A stretch of DNA of 61,574 bases from Prasinococcaceae sp. CCMP 1430. Taxonomy: Eukaryota; Plantae; Prasinodermophyta. The notes under the pieces are model-generated. The model did no database searches and was not told the origin of the DNA. It worked only from the letters and a program-made list of their open reading frames with translations. A program made the position numbers and the translations under genes. The DNA lies in assembly GCA_013416795.1 (NCBI GenBank), contig RQSC01000998.1, positions 1 to 61,574 of the forward strand. Reading direction: 5' to 3'. Shown here piece after piece: positions 30,236 to 42,100 of this stretch; within the stretch, counting starts at the first letter, position 1; every line of letters begins with the position of its first letter.

Positions 30236-32521
30236 ATGTCGATGTTCTCGTCGCTGAGCACGCTCTTCGGGAAGGAGTCTCCGCTCAAGTACGACGTCGG
30301 CGAGCGCTACGGCGGCTGGTCGCACTGCGGCTGGCAGCACCACAAAGGCGCGTCCAAGGATGAGCCGCCCGCGCCGGTGTCTGTCTTCGTCTACACCGCG
30401 TCGTCCGACAACGACCCGCAGCTGGCCGCCGCACGCGCGGCGCTCAAGCGCATGCGCACGCTGCGCCACCCGCACGTCCTCAAGTGCCTCGACGGCGTCG
30501 AGGTGCCCAACGGCATCTCAGGGCGCGACCCAGGCCCGGTGCTCTACATCGTCACCGAGCCGTGCGCGCCGCTCCCCTACGCGCTCGGCGATCTCGACGC
30601 CGACGGCCTGCGCGGCAACGAGCGCGAGGAGTACCTCGCGTTTGGCCTGCGGCAGCTCACCGAGGCGGTGGCCTTCCTGAACGTGGACTGCAAGATGGCG
30701 CACGGCTACGTATGCGCGTCGGCGGTCGCCGTGACGCCCGAGCTGGACTGGAAGTTGCACGCGTTCGACTTCCTCGACAGCTGGTGGGACGGGCCGGGCA
30801 GCACGATGATGCCCCCCTCCGAGGGGCTGCGCGCGGCATCGGCCGTGGCGCCCGCACACGCAGCGTGCCAGGAGCTCATCAAGGCGGACTGGGAGGGGCT
30901 GCGCAGGGCACCGCCCTGGTCCGTGGACGCGTGGGGCCTCGGCTGCACCATTCAGGAGATCTTCCGCGCGCCGAAGCCGTTCGACGCCGTCGAGCAGCTC
31001 CGCGAGATGCAGCACATCCCGCGCGCGCTCGCGCCTGCGTACCAGCGGATGCTCTCGTCCCAGCCGGGGCGGCGGCTCAACCCCAAGAAGCTGCTCGCGC
31101 AGTGCGAGTTCTTCAGCAACCCGCTCGTGGACTTCCTGGGCTTCCTGGACCAGCTGGCCCTCAAGGACAGCACAGACAAGGAGTCGTTCTTCCGGAAGAT
31201 GCCCGCCGCGCTGGACAAGATCGCGCCAGTGATCGCCAAGCGCAAGGTGCTGCCGCTGCTGGCGAAGGCGCTGGAGTTCGGTGCCGCGCCCGCGAGTGGG
31301 CTCGGGTCCATGCTCAAGATTGGCAAGGAGCTCGAGGAAGACCGCTTCGCCGCCGACGTGCTGCCTGTCGTCGTACGGCTGTTCTCGTCGAACGACCGCG
31401 CGGTGAGAATCTCCCTTCTGCAAAACATGGACAGCATTGGCCCGCACCTGAGCGCCGAGCTGGTTGAAGGTCAGGTGTATCGCGACCTCGAGAAGGGCTT
31501 CGCCGACACGTCGGCCTACCTGCGCGAGCTTACGCTGAAGACGTTGCCCATGCTCGCGCCGAAGATGAAGGCGGCCACGCTCAACTCGAGCGCGCTGAAG
31601 CACCTCGCGAAGCTGCAGGTCGACGAGGAGCCCGCGATCCGCACCAACACCACCATTTGCCTGGGCAACATCGCGCGCTACCTGGGCGAAGCCAGCCGCA
31701 AGCGAGTGCTGATCAACGCGTTTAGCCGCGCGCTCAAGGACGTCTTTCCACCCGGCCGCGCCGCTGGCCTCATGGCGATGACCGCCACTGCGTGCTACTA
31801 CAGCTGCGAGGAGCTGGCGCACCGCGTGCTGCCGGCGGCGACGCCGCTGCTGGTGGATGCCGACGCGAGCGTTCGCGAGAAGGCGTTCGCCTGCGTAGAC
31901 GCGGCGTTGGCGCGCCTGCGCGAGCGTGACGAGGACGTGCGAGCGGGGAGGGAGGAGAGCGATGATGCGAAGGGCGCCCCGGCCGACGGCGGCAAGGGCA
32001 TGTCCTCGCTGCTCGGCTGGGCTGCGAGCGCCGCGGCCGCCGTCGGCACCAGTACCGGCGCGTCGCCCATGAAGGCGCCGCCTGCCGGGGGCGCCATCGG
32101 AGCCGCCTCGAGCAGCGGCAACGCAGATGCCTACGGCGCGGCCGCGGGCGAGGCGAGCCGCCCGCAACAGCAGAGGCCACCATCGCATCAACCGCGGCGG
32201 GAGCAGGAGGTGCGCTCGAGTGGGCCAGCGGTGGTCGCTGCGGCGGCCTTGGAGGACGACGACGACGGGTGGGGAGACAGCGAGGAGGACCTGGACCTAG
32301 ACCCGATGAGCATGATGAGCGGCGCGTCGCAGTCCAAACATTCTGCGATGTCATTCACGGACGATGGCGAGAACGATGGCTGGGACTCGATGAACTCACC
32401 TGCGCCCAAGGCGGCGCCCCGGCCCGTGGTCCCCAGGGCCGTGCCGCGCAAGGGTGCGCTCGCCGGCGGCAAGAAGGCGACGAAGAGCCTCAAGCTCGGC
32501 GCCAAGAAGCGCGCCGACTGA
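30236..32521 (+). CDS. SCYL1: SCY1-like pseudokinase with HEAT repeats
   Basis: KRMRTLRHP, IVTE, DAWGLG, DRAVRISLL, LRELTLK, LQVDEEPAIRTNTTICLG, AFSRALKD; C-terminal KLGAKK. Confidence 0.9.
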   Translation: MSMFSSLSTLFGKESPLKYDVGERYGGWSHCGWQHHKGASKDEPPAPVSVFVYTASSDNDPQLAAARAALKRMRTLRHPHVLKCLDGVEVPNGISGRDPGPVLYIVTEPCAPLPYALGDLDADGLRGNEREEYLAFGLRQLTEAVAFLNVDCKMAHGYVCASAVAVTPELDWKLHAFDFLDSWWDGPGSTMMPPSEGLRAASAVAPAHAACQELIKADWEGLRRAPPWSVDAWGLGCTIQEIFRAPKPFDAVEQLREMQHIPRALAPAYQRMLSSQPGRRLNPKKLLAQCEFFSNPLVDFLGFLDQLALKDSTDKESFFRKMPAALDKIAPVIAKRKVLPLLAKALEFGAAPASGLGSMLKIGKELEEDRFAADVLPVVVRLFSSNDRAVRISLLQNMDSIGPHLSAELVEGQVYRDLEKGFADTSAYLRELTLKTLPMLAPKMKAATLNSSALKHLAKLQVDEEPAIRTNTTICLGNIARYLGEASRKRVLINAFSRALKDVFPPGRAAGLMAMTATACYYSCEELAHRVLPAATPLLVDADASVREKAFACVDAALARLRERDEDVRAGREESDDAKGAPADGGKGMSSLLGWAASAAAAVGTSTGASPMKAPPAGGAIGAASSSGNADAYGAAAGEASRPQQQRPPSHQPRREQEVRSSGPAVVAAAALEDDDDGWGDSEEDLDLDPMSMMSGASQSKHSAMSFTDDGENDGWDSMNSPAPKAAPRPVVPRAVPRKGALAGGKKATKSLKLGAKKRAD

Positions 32522-32911
32522 GAGCCGTGCCACCCTCGCCCCGCACGCACGAACGCCGCGCCCCCCCCCCTCCTGTAATATGCGACCAACCCTCGCAATG
32601 GATTGCATTCTGCCGATGCGGCGCGCGTGGGCGCGGGGCTTGCGCTCTGGACGGTGCGCCCCCTACCCCACCCACCCATCCCCCCTCCCTCCCTTCCCTC
32701 CCCCCAGGTGTACGCAACGCCGCTGGGAAGCACACATGGGCGCACGGTGCAAAGCTCGGAGCGCGCGGGCGCCCGCACCGCGCGCATGCGGGGTGGCGCG
32801 TCGCCCCATGGCGCCTACCGCCACGCCAACAGGGCACGTCTTGAGGGCACGATTAAGGCACAACGCGCGCAAGTGGCGGGCGGCACGCCTAGGGGAGGCG
32901 CGGCGACAGGG

Positions 32912-34096
32912 ATGACCTTCAACGATGGCGCAGGAGCTCGCGGCGCGGCCGCGCGCTCGGCGATCGCTGCGGGCGCGCTCGCGCTCGGCGCGGCGGCAGT
33001 TGCGCAGGCCGCCGGTGGCTCGCAGCGCACCCCGCGCGCGGCGGCGACGCTCACGCCGCGCTCCGGGCCGCCGGCCGCGGCGGACCTTATCCTCGGCTGC
33101 TCGGCGCTCGCGGGCATGTATGAGCCCATCGGCGCTGCCGCAGCGAGTGCGGCGGTCGTGTACGCCATCGAGAGGGGCATCAAAGACTTCGATACCGCGC
33201 CTCATTACGGCCTGGGGCTGAGCGAGGAGCGCTTGGGTGCTGGCCTTGTCGCCGCGAACGCCGCGAACGACCCCACGGTGCGCGTGTGGAGCAAGGTGGG
33301 CCGCCTGGTGCGCCCCCTGGCGGACCTGAAGCCGGGCGACGTCATCGAAACTGGAAACATGGCGGGCGAGCCGACGTGCATCTTTCCTGAGACGCGCAAG
33401 CAGATAGCGCCCGTCCTGGACTACACGGCCGCGGGAGTGCGTGCGTCGCGCGAGGACACGCGCGAGAGGCTCGGGCCTGCCGCTGACCGGCTGCACGGGC
33501 TGCGCGTGCATGACTGCGACGAGCCGGAGCGCTATGCGCAGGCCATGGCGCGCGGCGGCGGCGTAGACGGGCTCGTACAGCTCCGCAACGAGGGCCTCAT
33601 CGACAGCGTGAGCGTCGGCCTGAATGACCCTGAGTGCGTGCTGCGCATGGTGCGCGCGCGGCCTGCTGGCACGTTTGACAGCGTCATGGTGGCAGGCGCA
33701 TGGAACCTCATCGATCAGGACGCGCTGCCGCTCCTTCTAGAGTGTCAGCGGCGGGGAATCGCAGTGCACAATGCGGGTTGCTTCGCGAGCGGAATCCTGG
33801 TGGGCGGCAGCAGCTACAAGTACGGCGCCCCCCCCCCGGAGGTGCGCGCTAAGGTGGAGGCGTGGACGGCGCTGGCGGAGCAGCACGCTACGCCGCTACC
33901 CGTCCTTGCCATCGCGTTCGCCTTGCTGCCAGCAGTGGTCACGCGGCTTGCGGTGGGTGTCAAGAGTGCCGAGGAGATCAAGCAAAACCTGGAGTGGGTG
34001 CAGCAAGCGGGGAAAGTGCCGGCGGAGCTCTGGCACGAAGCCAAAGCGCAGGGGTTGCTTGCTCCGGAGGTCGACCTGCCGCCAATGCAGGCCTGA
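32912..34096 (+). CDS. Aldo-keto reductase (L-fucose/D-threo-aldose dehydrogenase-like)
   Basis: FDTAPHYGLGLSEERLG, SKVGR and VHD give an intact D/Y/K/H tetrad; intronless. Confidence 0.85.
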   Translation: MTFNDGAGARGAAARSAIAAGALALGAAAVAQAAGGSQRTPRAAATLTPRSGPPAAADLILGCSALAGMYEPIGAAAASAAVVYAIERGIKDFDTAPHYGLGLSEERLGAGLVAANAANDPTVRVWSKVGRLVRPLADLKPGDVIETGNMAGEPTCIFPETRKQIAPVLDYTAAGVRASREDTRERLGPAADRLHGLRVHDCDEPERYAQAMARGGGVDGLVQLRNEGLIDSVSVGLNDPECVLRMVRARPAGTFDSVMVAGAWNLIDQDALPLLLECQRRGIAVHNAGCFASGILVGGSSYKYGAPPPEVRAKVEAWTALAEQHATPLPVLAIAFALLPAVVTRLAVGVKSAEEIKQNLEWVQQAGKVPAELWHEAKAQGLLAPEVDLPPMQA

Positions 34097-34349
34097 GACG
34101 CTGCTGTAGTGGCACTCTGCAGTTGACTGGTTACCAGTGGCCCACGCGCCCACGTGCGCGAGGCGCCTGTGTGCACGCGGGGGCGCACGCGCACGGGTGT
34201 ACTCTCGGCTCACACACCAGCACCATCGCCGTCGCTGTGGGCGCATGTATAAACAATTAGTGTGACATTGACTACGCGTACTGCACGCAGCGGTGCGCGC
34301 CACGCAAGGATGCGACCGACCCAAAAGACGCTGCTACAGGAGCATGCCG

Positions 34350-36124
34350 TCAGGGCCTCTGCGCCTGCGCTCGCGCCAGCGCGTCCTGCGCCCGGGCGTA
34401 GCCCTCCGCCTGGCGCGCTTCCCTTGCCGACAGCGCTCGCGCCTCGCTCGCAGCACGCCCGCTGGGCCCCCTGTCGACTTTGCCGTATGCTGGCAGCGGC
34501 CGTCGGTCGCCGTGACCCCACTGCCGTCGCGCCAGGCGAGCATGCGCGTCGGGGAACAATTTCTCCCACGTTCGCGCCATGTGGGTTGGCAGCGGCGCCT
34601 CAGCCGACACGCGGGTGGCCCCCGAGGGGTCTGCCGGGTGCGGCACAGACAACGAACGGCAGTGGAGGTGGAGGCTCGCGGACTCACCCCCAGCGGCGTC
34701 CGGCCAGGTCAGCGGCTTGTATGCTCGCCTCCGCCGCACCGGGTAGCGCCAGTCGCCTACGATGGGACACCCCAGATGTTCGGCCATGTGGCGGCGCAGC
34801 TGGTGCTTGCGACCGGTCTCGAGCACGAGCTCAACCCACGCAGCGCTCGTGTCGACGACGCCCACGCCACCGTCACTTTCATTGCTGTCGACGGCAGTCG
34901 CATCGTTGGAAGCGCGAGCCGGGCGGGCAATTCCAGCGCCTCGGTTGACGTTCCTGGCGCCTCCGGCCCCATCACCGCTGCAGCCGCTACCGCCGCTGCC
35001 GTCGCCCAGACGCTTGGTGTGCGCGACCTCCACCACCCTGAAGCGCGAGGCCTCGAGCGCGCCACTCTCGCGACAGCGCGTGACGATGCGACCCTCTGCA
35101 CGCCGCGGCGGCGGCGCAACCAGTGCCCAGTACGTACACCGCGCCGCGCGTGCCGGCGCCGCATTGGATTCACCACCCTCTGCCCGCGCGGCAGCGCCGA
35201 GCACGGCTGCCGCGCTCCCGCAGCTGTCGTCCTCGAAGTCCAACGAAGCCGTCTCTCCTGCCTCCTCGGCGTCGCTGTTGTCGGCGTCGGCAGGCACGCT
35301 CTGCGCGGGCTCGAACGCGCGGGCAAGCGAGCGCGCCGCGCCGGGCGTGCGCGCAAGTGCGAGCACGCCCGAGGCATCGCGGTCCAGGCGGTGCACAACG
35401 CGCGGCGCGGGCAGGCCGCGCACGCCGCTGCCCCCGCTGGCCGCCAGCACGTGCAGCATGCCGTCGAGGTGCGCGCGCACGCCCGTGCCGCCCTGCACGG
35501 CGAGGCCCGCAGGTTTGTTCAGCAGGATGAGGTCCTCGTCTTCGTATAACACTGACTCGAGCAGCTTTCGGCGCTCGCCGGGCTTGACTACGAGCGCGAG
35601 GACACGGGGAGATGCCGGACGAGAGTGGCGCGAGAGTGTCAGAGGCGATGTTCGCCATGGGCGGGGGTGCAGACACGCGCGCACGCACGCTCTGCTCACC
35701 TTCGAGCGCGCGAGCCCCCAGTGGCGCTGCCCAGCGCGGGAGCTTTCCTTCCTCGTACAGCCACTCGGGCACCGTGATGACGTCTCCGGGGCTCACCGGT
35801 GCGCGCAGCGAGCGCACCCGCCGCCCACCGCCCGGCGCCGCGGCGACGGCAGCACGAGACATCCGCGCGGCGAGAGCAGCCTCGGAGGTGTCGGCGGCGC
35901 CGCGCTCGCCGTCGCACGCGCGTGGTGCAAACCGCGGCAGCGACCGCACGCTGCCCGCACCCAAGGCACGCGGCATGGCGCGCCGCACCGCCGGGGCGAC
36001 GCGCACCGTGTTGGCGTCGATGGCCTCGCGCAGCCGCGCCCAGCGCGCAGGCGACGCCTGCCGGCGGCCGCGGCGCCCCGCGCGGCAGCGGTCGAAGCCG
36101 CCTGCCGAATAGCCGCGTCGCCAT
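34350..36124 (-). CDS. RluA-family pseudouridine synthase; intron 35699-35588; 5' end uncertain
   Basis: LYED..LLNKPAGLAVQGG, VHRLDRDASG (catalytic Asp), YWALV, TGRKHQLRRH, PIVGD..Y, LHLHC. Confidence 0.85.
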
Positions 36125-36746
36125 CGGCGCCCCCGCCAGCCCCAGCTGTCGCCCCCACCTCTTCCCCCCGCACGCTTCCCTTTCACCGCACTACACCAAT
36201 TTCTCTCGTCCTTCCCCCTCCCCGCTCGCTCGCCCCCCGCTCGCGCCCGCGCGCGCAGGCGCGAGCGTGTGCCTCCCACCGGGGGGCCGTCCCCTCCCCC
36301 CTCCTCTCCCAGCGCCGGCGTCGCGCGAGGCGGTGCACCGCAGCCCGCCGGCCAGGTGCTAGTGAGCCTAGAGGGTCAATCGAAACCCTTGTCTGTACAG
36401 TACACGTACCATCTGATGGTACAGTACGATGGTATGTGCACGGCACACCCAAAACATTGTGAGGGTTTGGGTTATGTTCGTCGTGGGTGGACCTGAAAGA
36501 GTGAGCGATCGAACGCGAAAGCTTGTGTGATGAGGTGTGACCGACCTACCTGGCGCACTGGGGCCCCTGCTCGCGGGCGCGCATGCTGGCCTCATGGGCG
36601 GCCACGCGAGCAAGGTGTGTGTCAAGTACAACCCGCCCTTATTATTTGATTCGCAGTCTACGTGTCTACTACCGGCGGCTGGGCTCGCGGCGTTGCATTC
36701 AAGCCCATGCCATGCCCCGGTCGACTGGCTGGTCGAGAAGCAGACC

Positions 36747-38111
36747 CTACTTCTTGTCCTTCTTCGCTTTTTTCTCCTTCTTCTCCTTCTTCTCCTTCTT
36801 GTCCTTCTTCGCCTTCTTCGCGCTCTTCTCTTCGGCCCCGTCGTCGGCCTTCCGCTTCCTGTCCTTCGGTGTCACTGTCACGTCCGCGTCCGCGTTGTAC
36901 GCCGGCGCGGCGCCACCGTTCGGCGCGGCGCCACCATTCGCGGCGAGCGCGCCCTTGGCCGCCGCGCCGCCCGAGATGGCGGTGATGCCCTTGCCCTCCA
37001 GCTGCCTGAGGCGCGCCTCGACCTTTGCGCGCGACTCGATGCCCAGCGACGCGTCCGTCGACTCGCCGAGCGCGTCCACGCGGATCGACAGCGAGCACTT
37101 GGCCGCCAGCACGCGCGAGATTTTGCCCTTGAGCTTGGGCGCGCTCTGGCCGATGAGCGACGCGTGGTAGATGAGGCCGTACTTGGGCGTCTCGTGCTTG
37201 GTCTTGAGCGCGCGGAAGAGGGCCTTCTCGGCGCCGAGGATCTGCACGGTCGACGCGGGCTGCTTGGCCAGGTTGAGCAGCGAGCCGGCGTGGGAGATGA
37301 GGCGCGCGCCCACGAGCTCGCCCACGAGCACTGTGAGGTTGGGCGCGATGGCGGCCATGCGGCTCTTCAGGTAGTCGTACAGCTGCGCGCGGTACTCGGA
37401 GAGCGAGATCACCTGCTCGGCGAGCGCCTTGACGTGGTCGACGTCCTGCACGGAGATCTCCGTGCCCATCGACACGATGGAGGCCTCCTTGAGGGACGCC
37501 TCGGCCTCCTCGGTGAGGATGCCCGAGAAGTCCAGCTCGGCGGCGCGCTCGCGCGTGGACATGAACTGCACCGTCTTGGCGTACTCGATGTTGTCGGTGA
37601 TGATCTTGCCCATCTCCGGGAAGTGCCAGCCGTACCACTCGCGCACGCGCATGGCGTACGTGTTGAGCTCCTTGTCGAGCTCATCGAGCAGGCCGATGGC
37701 CTGGATGATCATGGTATCCACCTTCTCGGGCGAGAACTTGAGCTTGTAGCGCGACAGCGAGTGCGACAGGCCGAGCGCCATCGGGTGCAGGTCCTTCGCG
37801 CTCAGGTTGTCGGCGAGCTCGCCAAGCATGGAGCGGACGCCGCGGAGCAGCTCGAGCACGCTCTGCGAGTACACGCAGTTGATGCCGAGCTTCTCCTTGA
37901 TGACGCCGCCGAGTTTGGCGTCGAACACGCCGAGGGTGTCATCGTCGCCGACGTGCTTCTTCAGGAGCTTCTTCAAGCCCTTGGAGAGCTTGGAGTCGAC
38001 GAGCGCGGCCGCCGACGCGAGCGCGTCGGTGGTGTCCTCGAACTTGGAGAACGCCTTGAGCTTGAGCAGCTTCTGCGCCTTTTCGGGCGACTCGAAGTCC
38101 TTGGCGAGGTC
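36747..38111 (-). CDS. NOP58: Box C/D snoRNP protein NOP58 (first exon in the N gap)
   Basis: LGLSHSLSRYKLKFSP, REWYGWHFPE, PASTVQILGAEKALFRALK, TPKYGLIYH; KKE/D tail; acceptor CAG before 38111. Confidence 0.95.
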   Translation of the reverse strand, partial: DLAKDFESPEKAQKLLKLKAFSKFEDTTDALASAAALVDSKLSKGLKKLLKKHVGDDDTLGVFDAKLGGVIKEKLGINCVYSQSVLELLRGVRSMLGELADNLSAKDLHPMALGLSHSLSRYKLKFSPEKVDTMIIQAIGLLDELDKELNTYAMRVREWYGWHFPEMGKIITDNIEYAKTVQFMSTRERAAELDFSGILTEEAEASLKEASIVSMGTEISVQDVDHVKALAEQVISLSEYRAQLYDYLKSRMAAIAPNLTVLVGELVGARLISHAGSLLNLAKQPASTVQILGAEKALFRALKTKHETPKYGLIYHASLIGQSAPKLKGKISRVLAAKCSLSIRVDALGESTDASLGIESRAKVEARLRQLEGKGITAISGGAAAKGALAANGGAAPNGGAAPAYNADADVTVTPKDRKRKADDGAEEKSAKKAKKDKKEKKEKKEKKAKKDKK

Positions 38112-39086
38112 CTGCGGGGGCGCGGAGCGAGCGGGCACAGACGCCAGGGCCGCGATCGTCAGCATCGGCGCTCGGCGGTCGCATTCCCGCGCGCGCCCGC
38201 GCGGCGCGGCGCGACGGCCACGCCTCCCTACCCCCTACCCCACCGACCTACCCACCCACCCACCCACCCACCCTAAGCGCGCCGTGCCAGCGCGCCCCGC
38301 GGCGGGCGGGCGCGCGCCACANNNNNNNNNNNNNNNNNNNNNNNNNNNNNNNNNNNNNNNNNNNNNNNNNNNNNNNNNNNNNNNNNNNNNNNNNNNNNNN
38401 NNNNNNNNNNNNNNNNNNNNNNNNNNNNNNNNNNNNNNNNNNNNNNNNNNNNNNNNNNNNNNNNNNNNNNNNNNNNNNNNNNNNNNNNNNNNNNNNNNNN
38501 NNNNNNNNNNNNNNNNNNNNNNNNNNNNNNNNNNNNNNNNNNNNNNNNNNNNNNNNNNNNNNNNNNNNNNNNNNNNNNNNNNNNNNNNNNNNNNNNNNNN
38601 NNNNNNNNNNNNNNNNNNNNNNNNNNNNNNNNNNNNNNNNNNNNNNNNNNNNNNNNNNNNNNNNNNNNNNNNNNNNNNNNNNNNNNNNNNNNNNNNNNNN
38701 NNNNNNNNNNNNNNNNNNNNNNNNNNNNNNNNNNNNNNNNNNNNNNNNNNNNNNNNNNNNNNNNNNNNNNNNNNNNNNNNNNNNNNNNNNNNNNNNNNNN
38801 NNNNNNNNNNNNNNNNNNNNNNNNNNNNNNNNNNNNNNNNNNNNNNNNNNNNNNNNNNNNNNNNNNNNNNNNNNNNNNNNNNNNNNNNNNNNNNNNNNNN
38901 NNNNNNNNNNNNNNNNNNNNNNNNNNNNNNNNNNNNNNNNNNNNNNNNNNNNNNNNNNNNNNNNNNNNNNNNNNNNNNNNNNNNNNNNNNNNNNNNNNNN
39001 GACGCGCACGCGCCGCGCGGCGCCGCGCGGGCAGCTCGGTTGGGCCCGCTCGGGCCGAGCCACAGCCGGCCGACCCGACCATAGCC

Positions 39087-39193
39087 GGCGGATGCGCATG
39101 CGGATGCGGATGCGGATGCGGACGCGGATGCGGACGCGGATGCGGCCTCGGCGAGGGGTTGGGGTCGGGGTTGGGGTGTAGGGTTTAGGGTTT
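39087..39193. repeat. (GCGGAY)n hexamer array followed by G-tract and telomere-like repeats including TTTAGGG
   Basis: Directly visible: gcggatgcggat... then ggggttggggtcggggttggggtgtagggtttagggtttt. Confidence 0.8.
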
Positions 39194-39412
39194 TGAGCGC
39201 TGATGACAGAACGTGTGATGTCCGGAGAGTGCTGTGGCTGGCGGCCAACCTGTGCCTGGGCCCAACCACGCCAGCCGGCGCTGGAGGGGTCGATGCCGAC
39301 ATTGGGGTAAACCCTGATGGCACGCGGCGCACGGCTGGCGGGCGCGGCGGCGGCGGAGCGCGGGCGCGAGGGCAGCCGCCGACGCCGAGGCACGCCTGCT
39401 GCTTCGCGGCAG

Positions 39413-40772
39413 GCGCGGCCGACGCCGGCGACCGGCGGGCCAAGTACGCCGGCGCGAACGTCCTCGCGCCGATGGTGCGGTGCGGGACGCTGCCGCTGCG
39501 CCTCTTCGCGCTCGAGTCGGGCGCGCACCTGGCGTACGGTGAGGAGCTCGTCTCCATGCGCTTCGAGAAAGCCGCGCGCGTGAGCAACGAGCGGCTCGGC
39601 AGCGCCGACGTGGTGGGCCACGACGGGCGCGTGCTCTTCCGCACGCTCGAGCGCGAGCGCGGGCGCTGCATCTTCCAGCTCGGCACGGGGGACGGCGCCT
39701 CGGCGCTGCGCGCGGCGGAGCTGGTCGCTCGCGATGTCGCGGCGGTCGACCTGAACATGGGGTGCCCCAAGAAGTTCTCCACCTCGGGGGGCATGGGCGC
39801 CGCGCTGCTGCGCGAGCCCGAGCGCGCCGAGGACATCCTCAAGACGCTGCGCCGGAACCTGCCCGCCACCTGCGGCGTCAGCTGCAAGATACGCCTCCTG
39901 GACGGTGCGCCGCGCGACGCGCGACGCCCGCGCCGTGCGCCGGCCCCAGCCGCGGCAGCGCGCTGACCGCGGCACGCGCCGCGCTCCTGCCGCCGCCCGC
40001 CCCCCTTCCAGACGGCACCGGCGATAAGCGCACCTTCGACCCGCGCGCGAGCGTCGAGCTCGCGCGCCGGCTGGAGGCGTGCGGCATCGATGCGCTGGCG
40101 GTCCACTGCCGCATGCCCGACCAGCGCACGCGCGAGCCGGCGTTCTGGGAGCACCTCGCGCCCGTTCGGGACGCGATTAAGACGGCGGCGCTCGTCCTCA
40201 ACGGCGACGTGTACAGGTACGAGGACTTCGACAGGGCGCGCGCGGCGACCGGCGCAGACGCGGCCATGGCGGCGAGATCCGCCATGTGGAATCCCACTGT
40301 CTTTTCGCCCCACGGCATGATGAGCAAGGAGGACGCCATGCGGCGCTTCGCAGAGCTCTGCCTGGAAACCGACAACATCCTCGCGAACACGAAATACACG
40401 CTCAAGGAGATGCAGCTGGGCGGCGGCGCAAAGTGGGGCAGACAGCCGACGGGCTCCCTCGAGGATGGGGTGGGCAAGGGCATCAATCGCGCGAAGACCT
40501 ACCGAGAACTCTTCGTCGCGCTGGACCACGCCGCGTGGCATGACGACTTCGTCAAGGGACTTCGACCTCAACCCACGCGGTGTCCAAAGCACGCGGGGCA
40601 GCAGCAGCAGCACCAGCAGCAGGTGGACTCTGGTCCGGCAGACGCGGGCCATCAGCGGGTCGGCGAGAAGCGCTCCGGTCGGGATGAGTGCGCGAGTCTC
40701 GGTTGCGAGGCCAAGGTGTGCCGCACGCACATCTCCGCCGAGGTCGGCGCGGGCGCCGCGCGAGCTCGATGA
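39413..40772 (+). CDS. DUS2: tRNA-dihydrouridine synthase 2; intron 39905-40011; start not resolved
   Basis: LAPMVRCGTLPLRL, IFQLGT, DLNMGCPKKFS..GGMGAALL, CKIRLL, AVHCR, LNGD. Confidence 0.88.
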
Positions 40773-40988
40773 CGGCGCCGCTCGCCGCGCGCCCCGGGTC
40801 GTAAACACACGCACATTTTGGCGCACGAGCGAGCTTTCGCCTGCCTGCGCGGGAGGCAGAGCGAGGGCCCGTCCGATGCGGACGGAGTGAGAACCAGAGC
40901 GCCATCGCTTCGCGAAGTTCTTATATGCGCGTGAAATGTAGTGTAGACGGCGCGCTGTTGCTGCTGCGCGCCGGCATCGGTCCTCCGC

Positions 40989-42100
40989 TCAGCGTATGGA
41001 GGTGTGGCCCGCGCCCCACGAACTTGAGTCGTTCCCGGGGCCCGCCCGAGCCGCCGACGGGAACACGCTCCAGAATCGCAGCGTTTCGTCGCCCGCTCCA
41101 GTCACTATGGTCTGCCCGTCAGGCGAGATGGCCAAGTACAGCACGCGCAGCGTGTGGCCCGTGAGCGTGGCGAGCTTGGACATGTTGGGGTAGCGCCAGA
41201 CAATCACCTGGTTCTGCGAGTATCCGTGCGTCGACACGAGCTCGTTGACGTTCTTGCTCCACACGAGGTTGCACACCTGCGAGCCCGTGTCCACGCAGCT
41301 GAGAGCGCTGTTGGTGGTGGTGCTCCAGAAGCGGATGCAACGGTCGGCAGTGCCGCCGCCGCTCGCCAGCAGGCCGTGCGTGTGCGGGCTCCACGCGATC
41401 GCCTTGACCGCCGCGGTGTGCTCGCTGAACCTCAGCACGGGGTTGGTCGAGTGGTGGTTCCAGATGAAGAGCTGGTTGTCGTTGCCGCCCGACGCGAGCT
41501 CGCGGTCGTCGTAGCTCCACTTGAGGCCGCACACCTCGCTCGTGTGGCCCCTCAGACAGTGCACGAAGTCGCGCTGATCGCGCATGTCCCTGTATCGAAT
41601 GGTCCTATCCCTGCTGCCTGAGCACAGCACACTGCTCGACCACGCGAGCGTGCCCACGCGCAGCACGTGGCCGCCCATCACCCGCACGCGCTTGATGCGC
41701 ACCGCGTCCCACACCTGCACCTCGCCCTTGTGCGTCCCGACGGCCAGCAGCGAGCCGCGCTGCGTCCAGCTCACCGAGCACACCGAGTCGCTCGGGCTCA
41801 AGTCGCACAGCTTTGTCACCTTGCTCGTGCACGCCGACCACAGATACACGCACGACCCGAGCCCGACCGCCAGCACGTTGTGGCTGCTCCAGTCGACGAG
41901 GTTGAGGTAGAAGTCGTCGTGCAGCTGTGGCGCGTCGAGGACCTTGAAGGGCGAGCGCGCGATCTTGCGCGGCGCGCGCCGAATGGGCAGCGCCGACGAG
42001 GGGCTCGCGAACGGGTTCAGGCTCGACGGCGAGTCCGCCGGAGGCGGGCTGCTCTTGAAGCGAAACAGCTTCTTGCCCGAGCTCGGCGCGAGCGGCGAGC
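40989..42100 (-). CDS. CDH1: APC/C coactivator CDH1/FZR (CCS52); native N-terminus not seen
   Basis: PFKVLDAP.L.DDFYLNLVDWS, WD40 repeats, LASGGGTADRCI, STHGYSQNQ, TGAGDETLRFW, C-terminal IR tail. Confidence 0.93.

Noticed and set aside
36406-36422. Inverted repeat GTACCATC-T-GATGGTAC in an AT-richer intergenic patch
   Set aside because: The 8-bp stem is too short to assign a function, and no element boundaries are evident.
39200-39316. Possible box C/D snoRNA (TGATGA ... CTGA) near NOP58
   Set aside because: Imperfect box C, no terminal stem, and no identifiable rRNA guide.
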